Assembly (NCBI GenBank): GCA_965224465.1
Contig: OZ245049.1
Location: 2,490,001-2,522,000 of the forward strand
Length of the DNA stretch: 32,000 bases
Source: Flavobacteriaceae bacterium
GTDB taxonomy: Bacteria; Bacteroidota; Bacteroidia; Flavobacteriales; Flavobacteriaceae
Reading direction: 5' to 3'
How positions within the stretch are numbered: the stretch's first letter is position 1; the number at the start of each line of letters is the position of its first letter. Below are positions 9,477 through 17,800 of the stretch, piece by piece. The notes beneath the pieces were generated by a model. That model was not told the origin of the DNA. It ran no database searches and saw only the letters and a program-made list of their open reading frames with translations. The position numbers and the translations under genes are program-made.

Positions 9477-9641
9477 TTTCACCAAACACATTTCCTATAC
9501 ACGTTTCCTATACACGTTTTAGCAATGTAATTATTATTTATTTTATCTAGACAAAAATGAATAGATAGCCATAACTATCGTCCTGTTTTGAAAGAACGCT
9601 AGAACATAAAACAACCTTTTTATATAGGTTGTTTTTGATAG
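9477..9641 (+). repeat. Dispersed structured repeat, copy B (full length, contains an internal 13-bp tandem duplication)
   Basis: TTTCACCAAACACATTTCC...TTTTAGCAATG...TCTAGACAAAAATGAATAGATAGCCATAACTATCGTCCTG...TTTATATAGGTTGTTTTTGA aligns with copy A and with the reverse complement of copy D, including the tail (D reverse complement: TTTATATCGGTTGTTTTGGA). Confidence 0.6.
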
Positions 9642-10002
9642 AAATTGGTATTTCATGTATTCTTAGAATTCTATATTACATTAATTTGACCTAGGAATAT
9701 CGAATCGTATTGCTCTATTTTTAAGAATAATGTGTAAAAAGGCAAAGAATATCGCAGTTATTCTAAGATTGAATTGCTATTAATCCCCCCTCAATGAAGC
9801 ATTTAAAAAACGACTATCACTATCCCCCTCTTTTTATATAAAAATGTCTTTTTTTTAACAATTTCATAAAGATTATATTCTTTATTACAATTACCCTTAC
9901 TAACACTCACCTTATTACAAGAACACAACTAGCTAACTACCAGCCTATTTACAGGTTATGTTTATTGAATCTAAATAAGGTTGATTATTGAGATATTAGT
10001 TA

Positions 10003-10033
10003 TAGATTTGCCGTTCTTTAGATTTAATCTAAA
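10003..10033 (+). promoter_or_regulatory. TonB-dependent receptor promoter region: TAGATTTG -7 box followed by a 17-bp palindrome (candidate Fur-type operator)
   Basis: TAGATTTG is at 10003-10010. TTTAGATT-T-AATCTAAA is at 10017-10033 (8+1+8), between the -7 box and the ATG at 10050. It is identical to the feoA palindrome at 12 of 17 positions. Confidence 0.45.
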
Positions 10034-10049
10034 TAAACATAGCGAAAGA

Positions 10050-12425
10050 ATGAAAATCAATACTATAATCATACTCCTGTTTCATTTAATTTATCAAATA
10101 GGATTTGCACAAAACAAGCAAGAATTAACAGGGTATATCACTGATAATAATAGCAACGCCATAGAAGGCGTTAGTGTCTATGTAAAAAAGATATCGATAG
10201 GATCAAGCTCAGACAACAAAGGGTATTACAGCATTAAATTACCCCTAGGAAAACACATAATAACACTAAATTATCTTGGATACAAAACAATTAAAAAAAC
10301 CATAGACGTAAACAAAACCAAGTTAAAACAACTAAATTTTAAATTAGAAGAAACTTCTTATCATTTAGATGACATCGTAATTCAAGGAAAAACAAAAGCG
10401 CAACAATTAAGGGAGCAAGCCTATGCCGTAGAAGCAATAGATACCAAAATATTTAAAAACTTGGCTACCAATGCGAATGATATATTAGCTAAAATCCCAG
10501 GAGTAAATATAAGACAATCTGGAGGTTTAGGATCCAATTTTAGTCTTTCGTTAAATGGTTTATCTGGCAAGCAAGTTCGGACATTTATAGATGGTATTCC
10601 CATGGATTATTTTGGTTCTTCTTTAAGCTTAAATAATTTTTCAGCCAATTTAATTGACCATATAGAAGTCTACAAAGGAGTGGTTCCTATACATCTATCT
10701 TCTGACGCATTAGGAGGGGCTATCAACGTAGTTACAAGTAAAAGATTAGAATCATTTTTAGATGTATCCTATAGCATAGGTTCTTTTGAAACCCATATTA
10801 CATCTCTAAACGCACAATACCGAAACCCTAAAAACGGTTTTATATTAAAACTAAAATCATTTTACAATCAAGGAGAAAACAATTATAAAGTGCCCGTAAA
10901 ATTATTAAATATTAGCACAGGAAAAGAAGACAAATTTTACACACAAGTAGCGCACTTTCATGATGCTTATAATTCAAAAATGATTTGGTTAGAAACAGGC
11001 GTAACTGTCAAGAAATTTGCAGATCAACTTCTTGTTGGTTTTATGTATTCAGACAATTCAAAAGAAATACAACAACCTGCTAATGCCATAGGAGAGGCAA
11101 AAATACCTTACGGAGAAGTCATAACATTAGAAAAAAAATGGATCTCGAACATTCGATATAACAAAAAGGGACTACTTAATGATAAACTGTCAATCAATGC
11201 ATTTTTGGTAGGCGTATTTTCAGACAACACCTACAGAGACATCTCGAACTATCGCTACGACTGGCACGGAAACAAAACATTGCGAACCGACACAAATACA
11301 GGAGAAATAGAAAACAGAAAAACCAACCTTATACTGTCTACAGAGAATTTATTAGCCAATACCAATATTGAGTTTCAATTGACAGAAAACAGCAACATCG
11401 CTTTAAGCTACAGTTTTAACTCATTAAATATAGAAGGAACAGATGAATACAAAGAAGAAAACAACACTCAATTTAGCCATCCTAGTACCATAAAAAAACA
11501 AGTCGTAGCCTTTGCTTACACCAATGCTTTACTGGAAAACAAATTAAAAAGCACTCTTTTTACAAAACTTTACAATTATAAGATAAACTCCCTAGAAACA
11601 AATTATAGCGGTACTGAAATAAAGTTTTTAAACGAGAAAAAACAAAATTTAGGTGTCGGAATGTCCACAACTTATAAATGGGAAAAATTACAATTAAAAG
11701 CGTCTTTTGAAAAATCTGTACGTTTTCCAGAAGTTATTGAATTATTTGGAGACGGACTCACCTATACAGCTAATCCAGCACTACTCCCAGAGAAAAGCAA
11801 CAACTATAATGTAGGGTTTATTTATAAAATCGAATTCTTACACAGAGACTTAACATGCTCTGTAAACGGGTTTATGCGAGACGCACAAGACTTTATAATA
11901 CCGCAGGTTAAAGGAATAGAAGTCTTCCATATCAACAGCAGTAAAGTTTTATCAAAAGGAATAGACGTAGCTACTAATTATAGATTTACAAAGGATCTGT
12001 TTATCAATTTAAACCTTACGTATGTTGATTTAAGAGATAATAAAAAATGGAGAAATGGAATTACAGGAAGTCCAAACACACAGTATAAAATAAGACTCCC
12101 TAATGAGCCTTACCTATTTGGAAACATTTCTATTTCTTATAAAAAAGAAAAGTTATTTAAAAAAGATGATGATTTTTCGATCACAGCGAATCAAAATTAT
12201 GTTCATAGTTTCTATTATCGATGGGAAAACTTAGCCAATAAAAACAAGGGGCTAGTCCCTGAACAATGGACAACAAACTTAGACTTGGTTTATAGTATGA
12301 AAAAAGGAAAATACAACACCTCCTTTGGCATAACTAATCTATGGAATACCAACGTATATGACAACTACCAACAACTGAAACCAGGAAGAACTTATAACCT
12401 CAAAATAAGATATTTTATAAATTAA
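10050..12425 (+). CDS. TonB-dependent outer-membrane receptor (XusA-like, siderophore-type)
   Basis: Signal peptide MKINTIIILLFHLIYQIGFAQ, a CarboxypepD_reg-like N-domain (GYITD...GVSVYV...GYYSIKLPLGKHIITLNYLGYKT), a plug, and a long beta-barrel. Starts at ATG 10050 rather than the TTG at 9981 used by the track. Confidence 0.85.
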   Translation: MKINTIIILLFHLIYQIGFAQNKQELTGYITDNNSNAIEGVSVYVKKISIGSSSDNKGYYSIKLPLGKHIITLNYLGYKTIKKTIDVNKTKLKQLNFKLEETSYHLDDIVIQGKTKAQQLREQAYAVEAIDTKIFKNLATNANDILAKIPGVNIRQSGGLGSNFSLSLNGLSGKQVRTFIDGIPMDYFGSSLSLNNFSANLIDHIEVYKGVVPIHLSSDALGGAINVVTSKRLESFLDVSYSIGSFETHITSLNAQYRNPKNGFILKLKSFYNQGENNYKVPVKLLNISTGKEDKFYTQVAHFHDAYNSKMIWLETGVTVKKFADQLLVGFMYSDNSKEIQQPANAIGEAKIPYGEVITLEKKWISNIRYNKKGLLNDKLSINAFLVGVFSDNTYRDISNYRYDWHGNKTLRTDTNTGEIENRKTNLILSTENLLANTNIEFQLTENSNIALSYSFNSLNIEGTDEYKEENNTQFSHPSTIKKQVVAFAYTNALLENKLKSTLFTKLYNYKINSLETNYSGTEIKFLNEKKQNLGVGMSTTYKWEKLQLKASFEKSVRFPEVIELFGDGLTYTANPALLPEKSNNYNVGFIYKIEFLHRDLTCSVNGFMRDAQDFIIPQVKGIEVFHINSSKVLSKGIDVATNYRFTKDLFINLNLTYVDLRDNKKWRNGITGSPNTQYKIRLPNEPYLFGNISISYKKEKLFKKDDDFSITANQNYVHSFYYRWENLANKNKGLVPEQWTTNLDLVYSMKKGKYNTSFGITNLWNTNVYDNYQQLKPGRTYNLKIRYFIN

Positions 12426-12437
12426 ATACACTAAACA

Positions 12438-13694
12438 ATGAATACATTTAACGCAACAATAATAAAGCATCTCTTACTAACTACCTCAGTGTTACTGATG
12501 TTAAGCTGTGAGAAAAACGACTCGGACCCGACTCCAAAAGAACCAACAGGAACTATTCAGTATTATATAGGAATTGAGGCAGCTACGGATCCAGCAACAG
12601 AAGTGTTAAGCACTGCAATTAGTCTAACCGAAGGTGTAATAACTCCTGTAAAAAACGGGTTCGAACAACCTACTTGGATGGATTACATACAATTAAAAGA
12701 CAAAATAATTGCAAGCGGGTATACTTCGGCACCAGAATTCACAAGCTATTACTTGGTTGATGGTATTTTAACCAAAGGGGAAAGTTTTTTTACAGATATG
12801 GGAGTTTTTGCCTCAGAAATAGTTGACGACAACACCTTATTACTAATGGCATCTCCTAGAAAAGGGCTTGGTTCTAAAAAAATATATGTAATTAACACAA
12901 AAGAAATGTCTATTTCATCATCTAAAAGCATTGATTTCGGAAATGATATAGCCAATAATTTAACCTCCTTTCCTGTTGACATGAAAGTACGAGGAGATAA
13001 ATTATTTGTCGCCTATTTTATGAAAGAAGCAGAAGCTTTTAAAACACCCAATGCAAACCAAGCAAAAGTTGCAATATTCAGCTACCCATCCATGGAATTC
13101 GAAAAAATAATTACAGATGACAGAGCGCCAAACATTGGAAGATATTACACTAAAAATGCGTTAGAAATAGACGAAAAAGGAGACATCTATACATTCTCTC
13201 CCTCTTCACTAGCCTGTGGATACAATCCTGTACCAGAAAAAAATTCAGGGATTTTAAGGATAAAAAAAGGGGCAACTAAATTTGACCCAAACTATTACAT
13301 CGATTTTGAAACACTCTCAGGTGGTTATAAAATAAACGACTTATATTATGTTGCAGACGGAAAAGCTGTTGTAAGAATTTTAAAAGAAGACGAAAGTATT
13401 CCAGCATATTCTTGGGCTGCATACAGACCAACATCTCCTCAGCCAATAATGGACTTTGGTATTATAGATTTAGTAAAAAAATCGTTCACCTTAATTTCTA
13501 ACATTCCAAAAAGTGGCGGAGGATGGGCTTCTGCAGCACGTGTAGAAGGTAAAAAACTATATATTGGAGTAAGTAATAAGAACTATTCTGGCATTTACAT
13601 TATAGATACTGAAACTGCAACAGCAACAGAAGGAGCAACAGTTGAAGGTAATTACGCAAAAGCTATTTTAGCACTCACAAACAAAAAAAAGTAA
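12438..13694 (+). CDS. DUF4374-type surface lipoprotein (XusB-like)
   Basis: 418 aa with lipoprotein signal LLMLSC. Size, composition and position between a TonB-dependent receptor and a PepSY-TM gene match the DUF4374/XusB arrangement known from Bacteroides. The assignment is from memory of the family, not from a search. Confidence 0.6.
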   Translation: MNTFNATIIKHLLLTTSVLLMLSCEKNDSDPTPKEPTGTIQYYIGIEAATDPATEVLSTAISLTEGVITPVKNGFEQPTWMDYIQLKDKIIASGYTSAPEFTSYYLVDGILTKGESFFTDMGVFASEIVDDNTLLLMASPRKGLGSKKIYVINTKEMSISSSKSIDFGNDIANNLTSFPVDMKVRGDKLFVAYFMKEAEAFKTPNANQAKVAIFSYPSMEFEKIITDDRAPNIGRYYTKNALEIDEKGDIYTFSPSSLACGYNPVPEKNSGILRIKKGATKFDPNYYIDFETLSGGYKINDLYYVADGKAVVRILKEDESIPAYSWAAYRPTSPQPIMDFGIIDLVKKSFTLISNIPKSGGGWASAARVEGKKLYIGVSNKNYSGIYIIDTETATATEGATVEGNYAKAILALTNKKK

Positions 13695-13759
13695 CACTCT
13701 TTATATAACAAATCGCTCTAGGTCTCAAAAGATCTTAGGGCGATTATATAAACCAACTA

Positions 13760-14092
13760 ATGATCAGTATCAATCTAATTCTTGTATTCCTTGGAGCTTC
13801 CTTATTTTATTTGACCTCTAAAAAAGAAAACTTGTCACCAAAGACAGATCTAATACAATGGCTAAATAAGCGTAAAAAGCGCACTAAATTACTTGGGTTT
13901 ATTTGCTGTTTAGGATCAATTATTGGCTGTGTAAATCAGCATGGATTAACAACTGGTTTCATAATTTGGATACTGTTATTAAGTAGTTGTTTAAGCTTTA
14001 TTGTCATCCTTTTTCCGTTAAAGCTACTCAAAACAAAACAGCTCTTTTTCTGTTGTATAACCCTCTTTTTCATAGAATATATTTTAACTTAA
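13760..14092 (+). CDS. Small integral membrane protein (3 predicted TM, DUF3325-like)
   Basis: 110 aa and hydrophobic, with a basic loop KRKKRTK. Its stop overlaps the next start (TAATG at 14090-14094). Confidence 0.55.
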   Translation: MISINLILVFLGASLFYLTSKKENLSPKTDLIQWLNKRKKRTKLLGFICCLGSIIGCVNQHGLTTGFIIWILLLSSCLSFIVILFPLKLLKTKQLFFCCITLFFIEYILT

Positions 14093-14394
14093 TGCCTGCA
14101 AACCCAAAATACTTAACTTCTTCGCCGTGGCAACAATTTGCTAAGATTTCTTCTGGCCTTGTTGGAGGATATACAATAAGTGCATTGTTTCACATGTGCA
14201 TATGGTTAATGACGCCTTATAAAAACGAAATACTAGTTACTTCCATTTTTTCAATGTTCTTAATATGGGGGACATTGCTAATTCTCCCCTATCTCTTTAA
14301 AAATGCGTGGAGCGCATGGCTGTATTACATCCTAACAATAATATCCTTATCAATTCTTTATTATTTTCTACAAATTAACACAGCCATTACCTAA
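14092..14394 (+). CDS. Small integral membrane protein (DUF3649-like, GGY motif)
   Basis: 100 aa starting at ATG 14092 (MPANPKYL...). The motif SSGLVGGYTISALF resembles small proteins found next to PepSY-TM genes. Both ends are TAATG overlaps. The track ORF start at 13987 overlaps the previous gene and is not used. Confidence 0.55.
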   Translation: MPANPKYLTSSPWQQFAKISSGLVGGYTISALFHMCIWLMTPYKNEILVTSIFSMFLIWGTLLILPYLFKNAWSAWLYYILTIISLSILYYFLQINTAIT

Positions 14395-16460
14395 TGACTA
14401 AGAGAAATTACAATGTGTTTTTTAATGCACACACCGTTAGTGGAATTATCATAAGTGTTGCGCTTTACATCATTTTTTTCACAGGTGCATTTGCCCTATT
14501 TAAAGATGAAATTACCAGATGGCAAGAAGGCACGCATGTTAAATCAACTCATAAAAAAGATATAAACTACGATCAAATAGTATCAAGTATTGATAAAGTA
14601 CATCCATTATTAGGCAGAGACCTACAACTGTATCTAAACAAAGAACCAGGCAAAATATATGTCTATTTATTAGGCAGTAAAGACTCTTTGGCATTAGATG
14701 TAAACAAAGGCTCTCAATATTTCTCTGTAAACATTCAAAGTTTAGAACGTAAAACCTACGCAGAGAATTACAGCTTAGGAGAGTTTTTGTACCGATTGCA
14801 TTTTTTCCATCAAATCCCTTCAATCGGCATGTATTTGGCAGGTTTTATTGCATTATTTTTTCTGTTTGCAATCGTTACAGGAGTGATTGTTCATTGGAAA
14901 AAAATGATTTCTAATTTTTATGAATTTAATCCGAAAACAGCATTAAAGAACGTATGGTCTAATGCACATACAGCCCTTGGAATCATAGGACTTCCCTTTC
15001 AGTTTATATATGCAATAACAGGAGCATACTTTGCTTTAACCCTCCTTGTATTACTTCCTGCAAACATTCTATACAATGGTGATCAACAAAAATTAATGGA
15101 GGAATTACGTCCTGAACGTAAAACCTTTGAATGGATTTCTGCTAGCTCCGAGAAACTTCCCAGTTATAACAAATTTATACAGAAATCTGACAGCCTAGTT
15201 CGTGATTTTCATCCTGAAATGGTGTATATAAAAAATTATGGAGGTGTAAACATGCAATATATTCTCACAGGAAATGTATCCGACAAACAGAACTTTACAG
15301 GAAGTACTAGGATTGTATACGATCATTTAACAAAAGAATTTAACATAGAAAAACATCCCGATACTTTTTCCTATGTAGAAGATATACAAACAATTGTTTC
15401 TAAGCTACATTTTGCAGAATATGGAGGGAAATACCTTAAAATCATCTATTTTATACTGGCTTTTATAACCTGTTTTGTCATTATTTCGGGCATTTTAATA
15501 TACGTAGAATCAAGAAACAAAAAAGCAATGAAAATAGACCAACGCCTTTACACTGCTAAAATTGGACACCTCTTTATTTCTATCTGTTTATCAATGTTTC
15601 CCGTAACCGCATTGGCTTTTATATTTGTCAAATGCACACATGAATATTTTAATGATGGACAAATGGCAATCTATACGTTCTATTTTATCACATGGTTTTT
15701 AATGAGCCTTTATTATAGGTTTAAAAGGGACAATTATAAAACCAACAAATCTACTTTATTACTAGGTTCAATTTTTGGTTATTTAATTCCAATTGTCAAT
15801 GGAATAATTTCAAATAATTGGATGTGGATAACGTACAAAAACAAACAATTCGACATATTTATTGTAGATCTCCTATGGATAATTATAGCCTCTATCTCCA
15901 TTATTACTTACGCTAAGATAAACCCAAAAATAAAAGAACAAAGTAGTTTTAATAGACATCCAATAAATTACAAAACTATAGATCAACAAAGAAGAGAAGA
16001 ACAAAAAACAGCAACGAAACTACAACAAACAGATAGCAATAATTTAAAAAACGAAATACCAATGAAACTAAAAATCACACTACTTTGGCTGTTTTTAGCC
16101 ATAGGATGGATTGTACACCATATTTATGGATTATTTAATGTGTATTATATTGAAACCTTAGTCATGGAGGGTTCCACAGGAGAGGCACCTCTAGAACATC
16201 ATCTATATAGAATTGTATTTGAAGGACTATCCCTCCTTTTTGCTTTATTTACAATAGAATTCTCTGTTAAATTTTTTAAAGAAATTTCGTTCTACTTTGC
16301 AATAATTGCAGGACTGTATAATTTATATCACCTCGTAAGTTCTCTTGTGTATGACCTCACAAATATATCCGAACTATTTATGTTGACCTTAATGGTAATT
16401 GCAAGTGTCTTTTTAGTAAAAAACCTTGCGCATTGGAAGAACGAAATCTCACTAATATAA
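14394..16460 (+). CDS. PepSY-associated TM-helix protein (PiuB/XusC-like) with a C-terminal ~130-aa 4-TM extension
   Basis: 688 aa. The N-terminus (FFNAHTVSGIIISVALYIIFFTGAFALFKDEI) and the repeated TM/periplasmic-loop layout are typical of PepSY-TM proteins. After a polar linker (QQRREEQKTATKLQQTDSNN), an in-frame MKLKITLLWLF... module begins at 16062. Confidence 0.75.
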   Translation: MTKRNYNVFFNAHTVSGIIISVALYIIFFTGAFALFKDEITRWQEGTHVKSTHKKDINYDQIVSSIDKVHPLLGRDLQLYLNKEPGKIYVYLLGSKDSLALDVNKGSQYFSVNIQSLERKTYAENYSLGEFLYRLHFFHQIPSIGMYLAGFIALFFLFAIVTGVIVHWKKMISNFYEFNPKTALKNVWSNAHTALGIIGLPFQFIYAITGAYFALTLLVLLPANILYNGDQQKLMEELRPERKTFEWISASSEKLPSYNKFIQKSDSLVRDFHPEMVYIKNYGGVNMQYILTGNVSDKQNFTGSTRIVYDHLTKEFNIEKHPDTFSYVEDIQTIVSKLHFAEYGGKYLKIIYFILAFITCFVIISGILIYVESRNKKAMKIDQRLYTAKIGHLFISICLSMFPVTALAFIFVKCTHEYFNDGQMAIYTFYFITWFLMSLYYRFKRDNYKTNKSTLLLGSIFGYLIPIVNGIISNNWMWITYKNKQFDIFIVDLLWIIIASISIITYAKINPKIKEQSSFNRHPINYKTIDQQRREEQKTATKLQQTDSNNLKNEIPMKLKITLLWLFLAIGWIVHHIYGLFNVYYIETLVMEGSTGEAPLEHHLYRIVFEGLSLLFALFTIEFSVKFFKEISFYFAIIAGLYNLYHLVSSLVYDLTNISELFMLTLMVIASVFLVKNLAHWKNEISLI

Positions 16461-16567
16461 GTCAGACTCCAATAATATAAATTAACATTTTCTAATAATT
16501 ATTACAAATATCGCAACCAAACCGTTTCTGTTTTTAGACGCTGTTTGGGGTGTGAACAGTTGTCTAT

Positions 16568-16595
16568 GCTTCTTTTTTTGTTAAAAAAAAGAAGC
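16568..16595. terminator. A/T-rich 12-bp hairpin between the convergent PepSY and XRE genes
   Basis: GCTTCTTTTTTT pairs with AAAAAAAGAAGC around a 3-4 nt loop, 108 nt after the PepSY stop. Terminator function is plausible but there is no separate T-tail. Confidence 0.4.
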
Positions 16596-16882
16596 TGCAC
16601 TGTTAATAGTGTTACTAACTAATGTTGATGATTACTAATAAGTTTTGACGAAATTTATGATAACATCACAATAAATAAACTATTTGAAAGTAACTATTAA
16701 AAAACAGTACAAGCCCTGTTAGTTACGACGAAAACATAGAAAGGCATACTGGTTATCTTCAGATATATCAATACCATTCCATTTTTAAGAATGCAAGAAG
16801 AAGTTTTTAATATCAACATCAGCCAAGGAGATACCCGTTATCTATAAACCAAAATAGGTCCTTCTTTTTTTTATAAGATATG

Positions 16883-17236
16883 TCAATCCAAATTTTGAAA
16901 ATCTTTTGCTTGTCTTTCTAATACCGCAATAAGTCTATCTTTTTCTTTGAGCTGTTTTTTAAATTGTAGAACCAATTCTCTTGATAAATAAGCTTCAGGT
17001 AATACGTTGCTATTTGATGTCCCCCCTAAAAGAGAGTCCTTTGTTTGATTTGGGCAGAACTTACAGAGATTAAAACGTAAAAACTTACAGATTAGCACTA
17101 ATTTTTCGAAAGAAATTTTAGTTTTTCCATTTTCAATATTTGAATACGTTTTTTGAGTAATATTTAAGAAATCTGCCATTTCTTGTTGTGTGATTTTTTT
17201 ACTCACTCTTTTTGTTTTTAATGCAAGTCCTAACAT
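16883..17236 (-). CDS. XRE-family helix-turn-helix transcriptional regulator
   Basis: 117 aa with the HTH ITQQEMADFLNITQKTYSNIENGKTKISFEKL and a coiled C-terminal tail. Confidence 0.8.
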   Translation of the reverse strand: MLGLALKTKRVSKKITQQEMADFLNITQKTYSNIENGKTKISFEKLVLICKFLRFNLCKFCPNQTKDSLLGGTSNSNVLPEAYLSRELVLQFKKQLKEKDRLIAVLERQAKDFQNLD

Positions 17237-17253
17237 AATAATTCTTTTAATAA

Positions 17254-17406
17254 CTAAAATCCAAAATGACCGATATAAATAGTTTTTTTTACGTTCTAGT
17301 GTTGTTAAAAAACAGCACGATAGCTATGGCTATACTTAGATTTTTTTACCTAACTAAAATATAATTCCATTTCTAAACCGTCACTTAGAAATTCAATTGG
17401 TATAAC
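17254..17406 (-). repeat. Dispersed structured repeat, copy C
   Basis: Roughly 80% identical by eye to copy D over ~150 bp. It has an 8-bp hairpin ATTTCTAA-N8-TTAGAAAT and an ATAGC-TATG-GCTAT hairpin. It ends 17 nt upstream of the XRE start codon. Confidence 0.8.
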
Positions 17407-17431
17407 AAACTAAAAAATGCATATTATAAAC

Positions 17432-17666
17432 CTCAACAAACAATTTCTTATCAAGATAACCACTTGGTTTTAAAACTAAAAAAACAAAGCACAAAATATA
17501 CTACAGTACGAAGATATCGCAAAATCTCAAGAGATAAAAAGGAATTTTAATAAGATTTACTTATTCAGAATATATACAAACATATCTAATTATTTTGAGA
17601 TGCTATAGCCTGAAAAACAAGTTAAGTTGGTGTAAAAAAAGTAAATTGTTAATGCTGAAATTTGAG
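17432..17666 (+). mobile_element. Degenerate deletion remnant of an IS related to the intact IS at 18447-20018
   Basis: 17449-17640 aligns with the 5' UTR and first ~55 codons of the intact transposase gene (YEDIAKSQEIKRNFNKIYL vs EHEDITKTQEIKGKFNKIWL) but contains stops. GCTGAAATTTGAG (17654-17666) resembles the IS terminal repeat GCGAAACTTGAG. Confidence 0.6.
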
Positions 17667-17800
17667 CTTTAATCAACTATAAGGGAGCGATGGGGATTCT
17701 TTGTATTACTGGTATAATAAGACTATTTACGCAAACGTATTCTCAGCCCCAGAAAGCATAACTTATTCCATAGTATCAATACTTATAAAACAACTATTTT

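Noticed and set aside
9981-10049. TTG-initiated N-terminal extensions of both TonB-dependent receptor ORFs (9981 here, and 24972-25037 for the second receptor)
   Set aside because: The extensions lack signal-peptide character and cover the candidate -7 boxes and operator dyads. The internal ATGs (10050 and 25038) are followed immediately by typical signal peptides.
13987-14091. Upstream extension of the second small membrane ORF (track start 13987)
   Set aside because: It overlaps the preceding gene by 105 nt. ATG 14092 forms a TAATG junction identical to the next gene boundary.
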